The translations under genes and the position numbers were made by a program. A stretch of 37,168 nucleotides of DNA from a virus (lineage: Duplodnaviria > Caudoviricetes), in the IMG/VR virus record IMGVR_UViG_3300011337_000014, positions 1 through 37,168 of that record, one strand, 5' to 3'. Of the stretch, positions 25,242-33,074 are shown in pieces (the first letter of the stretch is position 1; every line of letters begins with the position of its first letter). Under the pieces are notes generated by a model. The model was given only the letters and a program-made list of their open reading frames with translations, was not told the DNA's origin and searched no databases.

Positions 25242-27299
25242 ATGACATCCCTAACAACAATCTTCCCAAATGGTTTTGCGGCTGCTACTGAGAGCCAAGA
25301 CCTTGTAAACCCCATTGATGGGTTTCGGCGGCACTGTGAGGCATCAGGCTTGCTGGTCAAGGAGATCATCCCTGACGGTGAGATACACCGCGTGGCTCAT
25401 GTGTCAAGTAAGAAGGGTGCATTGGATGGTTGGTACATCCTTCACACCAGTGGCAAGATTCCTGTGGGTATAGCAGGGTGCTGGAAAGAGCCAACCTTTG
25501 AGGCCAAGTGGGTGGCTGACATTGGGCGGTCCATGTCGTTCACTGAGCGCTTTGAGCATGACAAGTGGGTCAATGAGATCAAGGCCAAGAAAGAGGCTGA
25601 TCGGTTGGTGTCACAGGCTGTGGCTGCTGAGAAGGCAGAGGATGAGGTGGGGACATATGCTGATGCGTCTGCTGACCATCCGTACCTTGTGCGAAAGCAC
25701 ATTGAGCCACATGGGATAAAGATTGATCGCGCTGGTCGGTTGGTTGTGCCAGTCATTGACCAGCACGGTGAGATATTGAGTTACCAAACCATTGATGCAG
25801 AGGGGAATAAGCGGTTCTTGAAGGGTGGCAAGATTGAGGGTGGGTTCTATGAGTTGCGCGGTAATCGCAAGATCGTGTTCGTGGGTGAGGGGTTTGCCAC
25901 CTGTGCATCGATCCATGAGGCAACGGGGTACACGGTGATGGTGGCGTTTGACTGTGGCAATCTTGCTAAGGTAGCCAAGAGCGCAAAAGAGATGTTCCCT
26001 AACGCTAGGATTGTGATTGGCGCTGACAATGACCAGTGGACGGATGGCAATCCTGGTGTTACCAAAGGTCGTGCTGCTGCGGGGCTGGTGTTTGGTGAGA
26101 TCGTGTACCCCATATTTAGCGAGTCTGACATGACGGACAACAAGCCAACAGACTTCAATGACCTGCACTGCTTGCAGGGGCTGGATGCCGTAAAAGACCA
26201 AATTGAGCGCGTGGCTGGGCCAGTCAAAGACAAGCTGGCGTTTGAATTCAGCAGGGTGGACAGCCTAAAGCTGACAGAAATCAAGTGGATCGTGGATGAT
26301 TACATCGAAAGTGACAGTTTGGCGCAGGTGTTCGGTGACCCAGGCGGCGGTAAGTCGTTTGTGGCTATCGACATTGCCTGCTGCGTAGCAACGGGGTCGG
26401 CGTGGCACGGTCACCAAGTCAAGCAAGGGGCAGTGTTCTACATTGCGGGGGAAGGGCATAACGGCCTTGCACGGCGGTTCAAGGCGTGGGAACTGGGCAA
26501 CGGCATATCGCTGTCTGGCGCACCAATATTTAAAAGCCACAGGGCAGCGCAACTGTATGACGCAACAGAGGCTGCGCTGGTGGCGGTGTCGATCAAGCAA
26601 CTCAGCGAGGAGGCAGGCTGCGTTCCATCGATGATTGTGATTGACACATTAGCAAGAAATATGGGGGGTGACGAAAATAGCACCCAAGACATGAATGCCT
26701 TTATCCAGCACATTGATAACTACCTGCGCCAAGTCTGGAATTGCTCGGTCATCATCGTTCACCACAGCGGGACGATGGACAAGGACAGGGGTCGGGGGTC
26801 TAGCGCTTTGAAGGGTGCGCTAGATGCTGAGTACCGCGTGGCGTTGGACTCAGGCACTAAGACCATCCAGTTTGAGAATAAGAAGATGAAGGATGCTGAG
26901 ATGCCCATCCCTAAGAACTTTCAGATCACTCAGGTGGACTTACCGATCCTCGATAAGCATAACCTGCCAGTTAAGGGGGCGTACCTGACCACTGTGGACA
27001 TCAGCGGGTTGGTGAGCCAAGTACAGAAAAAGACCTACCTTTCACCAAACCAGATACAGGTGATGAAGTGCTTGGTGATGCTAGAAACCAAGCGATTCCA
27101 AGACCAACAAGCTCACCCAGTGAGCTATGACGAATGGCGTGAAAGTGCCAAAGAACACAATGTAAAGAACAATAGGTTCTGGGAAGTGGTCAAGAATTTG
27201 GTGTCCAAGGCGATGGTTGTGGAGGTCAATGGTGGGTATAAGAGCCATCCGAAAGCATCCGAAAGTGAGCCAAATAGTATAGTTTCGGATGACAAATAA
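25242..27299 (+). CDS. Primase-helicase (TOPRIM plus RepA/AAA_25 helicase, probable C-terminal winged helix)
   Basis: VGEGFAT, GADND, DFND TOPRIM motifs; GDPGGGKS, VIDT, IVHH, RGSSAL helicase motifs. Confidence 0.9.
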   Translation: MTSLTTIFPNGFAAATESQDLVNPIDGFRRHCEASGLLVKEIIPDGEIHRVAHVSSKKGALDGWYILHTSGKIPVGIAGCWKEPTFEAKWVADIGRSMSFTERFEHDKWVNEIKAKKEADRLVSQAVAAEKAEDEVGTYADASADHPYLVRKHIEPHGIKIDRAGRLVVPVIDQHGEILSYQTIDAEGNKRFLKGGKIEGGFYELRGNRKIVFVGEGFATCASIHEATGYTVMVAFDCGNLAKVAKSAKEMFPNARIVIGADNDQWTDGNPGVTKGRAAAGLVFGEIVYPIFSESDMTDNKPTDFNDLHCLQGLDAVKDQIERVAGPVKDKLAFEFSRVDSLKLTEIKWIVDDYIESDSLAQVFGDPGGGKSFVAIDIACCVATGSAWHGHQVKQGAVFYIAGEGHNGLARRFKAWELGNGISLSGAPIFKSHRAAQLYDATEAALVAVSIKQLSEEAGCVPSMIVIDTLARNMGGDENSTQDMNAFIQHIDNYLRQVWNCSVIIVHHSGTMDKDRGRGSSALKGALDAEYRVALDSGTKTIQFENKKMKDAEMPIPKNFQITQVDLPILDKHNLPVKGAYLTTVDISGLVSQVQKKTYLSPNQIQVMKCLVMLETKRFQDQQAHPVSYDEWRESAKEHNVKNNRFWEVVKNLVSKAMVVEVNGGYKSHPKASESEPNSIVSDDK

Positions 27300-27430
27300 T
27301 CATCCGAATTAGCATCCGAATCATCCGAAAGCATCCGAATTCATCCGCGTGACTGCCACTCCAATCATCCGAAACTATCCTCCTAGGTATACATACCTAG
27401 GATGGATTCGGATGGAAAGCAGTTCGGATG
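27246..27430. repeat. Putative replication origin: CATCCGAA iterons plus palindrome
   Basis: 7 direct copies (27246, 27256, 27301, 27313, 27322, 27332, 27366), 3 inverted (27284, 27407, 27423), TCCTAGGTAT-ac-ATACCTAGGA at 27381-27402. Confidence 0.8.
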
Positions 27431-27482
27431 ATGTAGGAAGGATGGCGGTGGGTTTTTGGGGAATTGAGAAAAAGGGGAAAAT

Positions 27483-27818
27483 GTGATCGAACTGGATGTG
27501 GACATGAAGGTGGTTAGTGTGGCTAACATGAGGATGCATTGGGCGGTGAAAGCAAGGTTGACGAAGGATCATCGCAAAAAGGCGTATAACGCACTTTGTG
27601 CGGTGGCTGCACCTCCTGCCCCACCTTGCACGGTTGTGTTGACTAGGGTAGCGCCAAGGGCGTTGGATGGGGATAATCTGCAATCAGCGTTCAAAGCGGT
27701 GAGGGATGGTGTCGCTGATTGGCTTGGGGTTGATGACGGGGATCAGCGCTTGGATTGGCAGTATCGCCAGCGCTCGGCTGGGGTGAAGGTGTACAGGGTT
27801 GAGATTGAGGTGATCTGA
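27483..27818 (+). CDS. rusA: RusA-like Holliday junction resolvase
   Basis: LDGDNLQSAFKAVRDGVADWLGVDD catalytic pattern. Confidence 0.75.
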   Translation: MIELDVDMKVVSVANMRMHWAVKARLTKDHRKKAYNALCAVAAPPAPPCTVVLTRVAPRALDGDNLQSAFKAVRDGVADWLGVDDGDQRLDWQYRQRSAGVKVYRVEIEVI

Positions 27819-27946
27819 TTGTCGCCAGAATGGCGTTTGGATTACTTTGTTGGGTTGGGGTTTGTTTGGTTTGTTTGGGGTTGTCGAATGTCGCTGGGGG
27901 CGACTCGCGATGACATTTCTATTGATTACGCGTACGCGCAGGGGTA

Positions 27947-28471
27947 ATGATGAAGACTTTGGCTGAAAAGACTACAAAAAACGGTGCAATCATGGGGCGA
28001 CCAGTGAAATGGCCTCAAGACCATCCAGTTTGGGGTGAGATCGTTTACAGGGTCAGCGCAGGCAAAAGCCTATCTACCGTGCTGCGCGATCCCGATCTCC
28101 CGTCTTGGCCTATGTTCTACGCCATGATGGAGCAAGACCCAAAGCTGCGCCAGGCTTACGATAAGGCAGTCCAAGACCGTGCTGACCGCATGGCTGATGA
28201 AATACTGGAGTTGTCAGACATGGAGATGCCCGAAGGACTAGAAGGCGCTATGGCCTCGGCATGGGTACAGCAAAAGCGTATGCAGGTGGACGCACGCAAG
28301 TGGATCGCCAGCAAGCTAAAGCCCCGCACGTATGGCGACCGCATCGATGTCGCTGTGACCGACACACGCATCTCAGTGATCGATGCATTGGAGGCAGCGC
28401 AGGCTAGAGTGGTAAAGCAACTGACTGTTCAAGATGTGACAGACATAGTTCCAAAAGAGACATCTACTTAA
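27947..28471 (+). CDS. terS: Terminase small subunit (Sf6-like)
   Basis: GRP, GKSL..V..D..LPS, ADEILELSD, QVDARKWIASKLKPRTYGDR. Confidence 0.85.
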   Translation: MMKTLAEKTTKNGAIMGRPVKWPQDHPVWGEIVYRVSAGKSLSTVLRDPDLPSWPMFYAMMEQDPKLRQAYDKAVQDRADRMADEILELSDMEMPEGLEGAMASAWVQQKRMQVDARKWIASKLKPRTYGDRIDVAVTDTRISVIDALEAAQARVVKQLTVQDVTDIVPKETST

Positions 28472-28493
28472 TACGATGACCATTATGTTAATA
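28466..28493 (+). other. XerCD dif-like site
   Basis: ACTTAATACGA-tgacca-TTATGTTAATA; 11-6-11 layout, right arm 9/11 to E. coli XerD arm TTATGTTAAAT. Confidence 0.7.
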
Positions 28494-28503
28494 GCCAAGT
28501 CGG

Positions 28504-28591
28504 TTATCAACAGGATATACAGACCGAAAGGGTCATGTCATGGGTTATGCACAGGGTAATGTGGACATCATGTCATTCGCCCTGTGGATAA
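28504..28591. promoter_or_regulatory. DnaA-box cluster
   Basis: TTATCAACA 28504, TTATGCACA 28545, TGTGGACAT 28560, TGTGGATAA 28583 (perfect). Confidence 0.7.
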
Positions 28592-28710
28592 GTCGGTGGC
28601 TGCGGATGCGGAATGCAAATCATTCGCATCTGGCACGGCATCGGGCGGCATGGCCTGCGGTGGGTGGCCCGACCGACTGGCCCAAAGGGGGGGGGTGGGT
28701 CCGGCGCGAA

Positions 28711-28760
28711 AGGGCCGCGGTAACGGTGGCCCTGCACACAATTTTATTTTTATTTTTTTA
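28711..28760 (+). terminator. GC hairpin followed by T-rich tract
   Basis: AGGGCCGC-ggtaacg-GTGGCCCT, then after ~8 nt TTTTATTTTTATTTTTTT. Confidence 0.4.
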
Positions 28761-28783
28761 TAAATTGATTTATCATCCCCCCC

Positions 28784-30307
28784 ATGCCAACCTACAACAA
28801 CGCCCTGACTAACCAGCCAGCCAACCGTTTGGCTTACCCTGGTGGACTCGCCAAGCGTGGCGGATCATTAGATTCGTTTGTGCCTTTGGATTACAGCAGA
28901 CTGGCAGCAGGTCAGTTTAGGCAAGACACACCACAGATGCGTGAGTATGCGGCGAATGTCCCAGTTGATGTGATGCGCGGAAGGTTGGCAGGGATGCTAG
29001 GTTTCCCAAGTGATGTTTTGAATATGTTTAGAACACCATCGCCAATGGAGATGTTTGGGCAGACGGATTACGAGCAACCAACACAAGTGCCGTATGGATC
29101 GGAACAGTTTCTTAAAACGCTGCCACTAGCACCAGCAGAAAACAATCCACTAGGTCGTGTTGCTAATCGAGCTGGTTCGCTTGTACCGTTTACACCAATG
29201 GAAGCATTGCAAGCAGCACGAATGGCGAGACAGGCTGCAATGGCAACAGGCAGAGCTGGTGAGCGTTACGCAGAGAGAGTAGTCCCACAGATCATGGAGC
29301 GCGGTGGGCTTGGTGCTGAGATGCTGCAAGGTTTGTCGCAAGGGGCAAGAAGCAATGCTGTACCACCATCTGGCAGAAGTGGCTTTGGTGCTTTTGATCC
29401 TCGCTATGACCCACGGGTTTTAGAGCAGCCTAGATTGCAGTCAATGACCCGCGACATTCAATTGAATCCGAATGTGCAAACAGCGCCAACAGTTTCTTTG
29501 GCTGATTTTGAGGGTAGGCCGTTTATTACGAGCATGGCTGACCGCACAGCCGCAGGTGGTAAGTTGCTTGGCATCGACAATGTGCCGTTTAACAGACCAG
29601 TAGATTTGTTGGGTGGTCAAGACTTTATGTTCAACAACCCAGGCTTGGTTTGGTCATCTGGCAATGCGCCATCAAAGGCGTTGATGAAATATGCCGATGA
29701 GATCAAAAATATTACTGGGCAAAATCCGTTGTATGTGCCTTATCGCATGGCCCCGACTGGCGGTGATTTTGCTCAAATGACTGGTGAGACTATGTTGTCT
29801 TACGCTGATGCGGCTATGAACAAAACGCAAAAAAATAAGTTTGACAAGTCAATTAAGAAATTTATTCCTGACTGGGCTGGTGTGTCTGATCCAACAAGTG
29901 TTGCTCAGTTTAGGGCTGCGCCAGACAGCAAGCGCAAGGCCATCAAAAAAATGATGGACAGAGATTTCCGAGATGAAGGTGGTTTGAATATTGGCGGCGC
30001 AAGATTGGCTGTGTCTGACCCAGCGCAATTGGCAGCGCAAGAGGGTGGCATCCAAAATGTGGGTGAGATATTTGCAGGCAGTCCCATACTTAAATCAAGC
30101 CACCCAGCTTACCCAAGCGGCGTGCAAGGCCAAGGCATTGGCACATTGGCTGAAGACCGCAATATTTTTGAATTGTTGCCAGGCGTTGTCAAGGCGCGAA
30201 ATATGCCTGACCCAAAAAATCCAAGGGCTTCAGATTTAAGGGCAATGCAGATGCACCCTTACGCTGGCATCATCACCAACGAGTTGCTCAAGAATCTTGG
30301 CTATTGA
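28784..30307 (+). CDS. 507-aa hypothetical protein, possibly packaged/ejected
   Basis: Long ORF between terS and terL; composition like internal virion proteins; no SD. Confidence 0.8.
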   Translation: MPTYNNALTNQPANRLAYPGGLAKRGGSLDSFVPLDYSRLAAGQFRQDTPQMREYAANVPVDVMRGRLAGMLGFPSDVLNMFRTPSPMEMFGQTDYEQPTQVPYGSEQFLKTLPLAPAENNPLGRVANRAGSLVPFTPMEALQAARMARQAAMATGRAGERYAERVVPQIMERGGLGAEMLQGLSQGARSNAVPPSGRSGFGAFDPRYDPRVLEQPRLQSMTRDIQLNPNVQTAPTVSLADFEGRPFITSMADRTAAGGKLLGIDNVPFNRPVDLLGGQDFMFNNPGLVWSSGNAPSKALMKYADEIKNITGQNPLYVPYRMAPTGGDFAQMTGETMLSYADAAMNKTQKNKFDKSIKKFIPDWAGVSDPTSVAQFRAAPDSKRKAIKKMMDRDFRDEGGLNIGGARLAVSDPAQLAAQEGGIQNVGEIFAGSPILKSSHPAYPSGVQGQGIGTLAEDRNIFELLPGVVKARNMPDPKNPRASDLRAMQMHPYAGIITNELLKNLGY

Positions 30308-30494
30308 ACAAGAATTTTGGATTAAAAGTGGCAGCAAACTTTTCACCATACCGATCAGCCAAAAATGATTTGACCGATTCTTCGGTGACAGATTGCACGC
30401 CAGTAACCACGCAGCGCGTTTCGTGCAGACCAAGTGCCTCCAACATCTTGGATGGCATCTTGACTTCGGTGTTAACTATTGGAGATAGAATCAT
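30288..30494 (-). CDS. Small antisense protein with own promoter
   Basis: 68 aa from ATG 30494 preceded by TTGCAT-N16-TAGAAT. Confidence 0.65.
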   Translation of the reverse strand: MILSPIVNTEVKMPSKMLEALGLHETRCVVTGVQSVTEESVKSFLADRYGEKFAATFNPKFLFNSQDS

Positions 30495-30500
30495 GCCCAT

Positions 30501-30528
30501 ATTCTATCAAATGGCTAGATAAATGCAA
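30501..30528 (-). promoter_or_regulatory. Sigma70-like leaderless promoter
   Basis: TTGCAT (30528-30523), 16 nt, extended -10 TGaTAGAAT, then 6 nt to ATG. Confidence 0.55.
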
Positions 30529-32049
30529 CTCCCAATCTACAAAGGCGAAGACGAACAAAAGTTGATGATTGAGCTGTGGTCGCCAGCAATCGCTGATGAC
30601 CTAGAGGCTTTTGTCTTGTACGCCTTCCCTTGGGGTCAGAAGAACACCCCACTGGCTAAGTTCAGTGGCCCACGCAAGTGGCAAAGAGAGGTGCTGCGAA
30701 ATGTGACTACGCACATCAGGGCGCAAAAGGGCAAGGTTAACTTTGATACGATTAGGGAGGCAGTATCCAGCGGTCGAGGCATCGGCAAGTCTGCGCTTGT
30801 CAGTTGGCTGGTCCTTTGGATGCTGACAACCCGCATTGGTGGCTCGGTGGTTGTCTCTGCCAACAGCGAGAATCAGTTGAGATCAGTCACATGGGCAGAG
30901 TTGACCAAGTGGTCGGCAATGTTGATTAACGCCCACTGGTGGGAAATCAGCGCGACCAAGCTAGTGCCGGCGAAGTGGTTGACTGATCTGGTTGAGAAAG
31001 ACCTCAAAAAAGGTACGCGCTACTGGGCCTGTGAGGGCAAGCTGTGGTCAGAAGAAAACCCTGACTCCTACGCAGGTGTCCACAATCAGGACGGCATGAT
31101 GCTGATCTTTGATGAGTCCAGCGGTATCCCCGACCCTATCTGGGAGGTTGGCGCAGGCTTCTTTACCGAGAACACCCCTGATCGGTACTGGTTTGCATTC
31201 TCCAACCCACGGCGCAACAACGGCTATTTCTTTGAGTGCTTTCACTCCAAGCGCAACTTTTGGACAAGTCGGTCGGTAGACGCACGCACGGTGGAAGATA
31301 CTGACAAGGCGATCTACGAGCAGATCATTGCCGAGTACGGCGAAGACTCCAGCCAGGCCAGAGTCGAGGTCTATGGTGAGTTCCCTGCCAGTGGCGAGGA
31401 TCAGTTCATTGGTTCTTTGTCAGTTGACGATGCAATGAAGCGCCCCAAGTACAAGGACATGACCGCCCCCATCGTGGTCGGTGTTGATCCTGCCCGCGGT
31501 GGCATGGACAGCACGGTGATTGTGGTGCGACAAGGCAGAGACATCATTGCCATCAAGCGCTTCAAGGGTGATGACACCATGACCACGGTGGGAAATGTAA
31601 TTGATGCCATCGAGGAGTACAAGCCAGCCCTAACGGTCATTGATGAGGGTGGCCTTGGCTACGGAATACTTGACAGACTAGCAGAACAACGGTACAAAGT
31701 GCGTGGGGTCAACTTTGGCTCGAAGGCAAAGCAGTCTATTGCGTTTGGAAACAAACGCGCTGAGATGTGGAATGACATGAAGAACTGGCTGAAGACCGCC
31801 AGCATTCCAAGTGACCGACAACTGAAGGCCGACCTGGTTGGGCCTATGAAGAAGCCCAACTCATCGGGTACAATTTTCTTGGAAGGCAAGAAGGAAATGA
31901 AGTCAAGAGGCTTGGCAAGTCCCGATGCAGCGGATGCGCTGGCGGTGACATTTGCGTTTCCTGTTGCACATCGAGAGTACAATGGCAGAATGGAGCGCCG
32001 AGTCGTTCAAGAACGCGGCGCTGTATCAACGGGTTGGATGGGGTCTTAA
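30523..32049 (+). CDS. terL: Terminase large subunit
   Basis: SGRGIGKS Walker A, LIFDES Walker B, FSNP, GVDPARGGMD nuclease, SPDAADALA. Confidence 0.95.
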   Translation: MQLPIYKGEDEQKLMIELWSPAIADDLEAFVLYAFPWGQKNTPLAKFSGPRKWQREVLRNVTTHIRAQKGKVNFDTIREAVSSGRGIGKSALVSWLVLWMLTTRIGGSVVVSANSENQLRSVTWAELTKWSAMLINAHWWEISATKLVPAKWLTDLVEKDLKKGTRYWACEGKLWSEENPDSYAGVHNQDGMMLIFDESSGIPDPIWEVGAGFFTENTPDRYWFAFSNPRRNNGYFFECFHSKRNFWTSRSVDARTVEDTDKAIYEQIIAEYGEDSSQARVEVYGEFPASGEDQFIGSLSVDDAMKRPKYKDMTAPIVVGVDPARGGMDSTVIVVRQGRDIIAIKRFKGDDTMTTVGNVIDAIEEYKPALTVIDEGGLGYGILDRLAEQRYKVRGVNFGSKAKQSIAFGNKRAEMWNDMKNWLKTASIPSDRQLKADLVGPMKKPNSSGTIFLEGKKEMKSRGLASPDAADALAVTFAFPVAHREYNGRMERRVVQERGAVSTGWMGS

Positions 32050-32304
32050 ATGAAGAAGACGGTTTCATTATCTGTTGGGCGTGGCGAGAAGCTGCCTACA
32101 TCCAAGGGCGCGGGTTTGACTGCCAAAGGCAGAGAGAAGTACAATGCCGCAACTGGCTCAAACCTTAAAGCGCCAGCCCCTAGTCCTAAGACCAAGGCAG
32201 ACCAAGGTCGCAAGGATTCATTTTGTGCAAGAATGGGCGCAGTGGCAGCTAATGCCAAAGATGGCGAACGTGCCAAAGCAGCCCTTAAACGATGGAAGTG
32301 TTAA
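32050..32304 (+). CDS. Small basic protein (DUF6321-like)
   Basis: GLTAKGREKYN..RKDSFCARM..ALKRWKC. Confidence 0.8.
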   Translation: MKKTVSLSVGRGEKLPTSKGAGLTAKGREKYNAATGSNLKAPAPSPKTKADQGRKDSFCARMGAVAANAKDGERAKAALKRWKC

Positions 32305-32306
32305 TC

Positions 32307-32459
32307 ATGGCTACTAAACCCGGTTTGTACAGTAACATTCATGCTAAACAAGCACGCATCGCCGCTGGCTCAAAAGAGAAAATGAACAAGGTTGGCAGCA
32401 AGGCAGCGCCTAGCGCAGCCGACTTCAAGCAAGCAGCTAAAACAGCGAAGAAGAAGTAA
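32307..32459 (+). CDS. 50-aa Lys/Ala-rich protein absent from ORF track
   Basis: MATKPGLYSNIHAKQARIAAGSKEKMNKVGSKAAPSAADFKQAAKTAKKK; exactly fills the gap. Confidence 0.8.
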   Translation: MATKPGLYSNIHAKQARIAAGSKEKMNKVGSKAAPSAADFKQAAKTAKKK

Positions 32460-32915
32460 ATGAGCTTTACCAAACCAATTGGTGTTGCGTACCTTGATCA
32501 AGATATTGATGGTGGCATCATTGGTGCAACTAATCCTCAATCTATTACTGGCACAACAGTTTTTGCGACTGACCAGATTGGTTATACCAATGGTGCTTAC
32601 GGCACAGTCACCCAGCAAAACAATAAAGCCACTGGTGTTACGATAAACAAAACGGCTGGAACTATTACGACAGCCAACGCGCAGATGGCCCCCAATGCAG
32701 ATGTTGCGTTTATTGTCACCAACAGCCAAGTGTCTGCTTTGGACACGGTAATCGTGAACATTGCGTCTGGCGCTACTGCCACTTTTGCGTATTCAATTGC
32801 GGTAGTGACCGTGACCGATGGTGCGTTTACAATCAATTTGAGCAATGTGTCAAGCAACGCATACACGGATACGCTTAAAATTAATTTTGCGGTTCTTCAT
32901 GTTTTGCCTGCGTAA
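32460..32915 (+). CDS. Putative structural/decoration protein
   Basis: KPIGVAYLD N-terminus shared with 5393-5866; beta-rich. Confidence 0.7.
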   Translation: MSFTKPIGVAYLDQDIDGGIIGATNPQSITGTTVFATDQIGYTNGAYGTVTQQNNKATGVTINKTAGTITTANAQMAPNADVAFIVTNSQVSALDTVIVNIASGATATFAYSIAVVTVTDGAFTINLSNVSSNAYTDTLKINFAVLHVLPA

Positions 32916-32924
32916 AGGATAACC

Positions 32925-33074
32925 ATGCCACTTGTCAAATCAAAGACACCCGAAGCATTCCGCAAGAATGTCAAGGCTGAAGTTGCCGCTGGCAAACCGA
33001 TCAAGCAAGCCGTGGCAATTGCGTATTCAGTAAAACGTGAGGCTGCTAAACCAGCCCCAAAAGGTAAGAAATAA
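32925..33074 (+). CDS. 49-aa basic protein absent from ORF track
   Basis: AAGGA RBS; MPLVKSKTPEAFRKNVKAEVAAGKPIKQAVAIAYSVKREAAKPAPKGKK; TAATG overlap with portal. Confidence 0.8.
   Translation: MPLVKSKTPEAFRKNVKAEVAAGKPIKQAVAIAYSVKREAAKPAPKGKK

Noticed and set aside
27246-27430. CATCCGAA repeats as a CRISPR or mini-array
   Set aside because: 8-bp units, irregular short spacing, both orientations; fits iterons
28540-28812. 90-aa ORF in the terS spacer
   Set aside because: Runs through DnaA boxes, poly-G and poly-T with no RBS; probably non-coding
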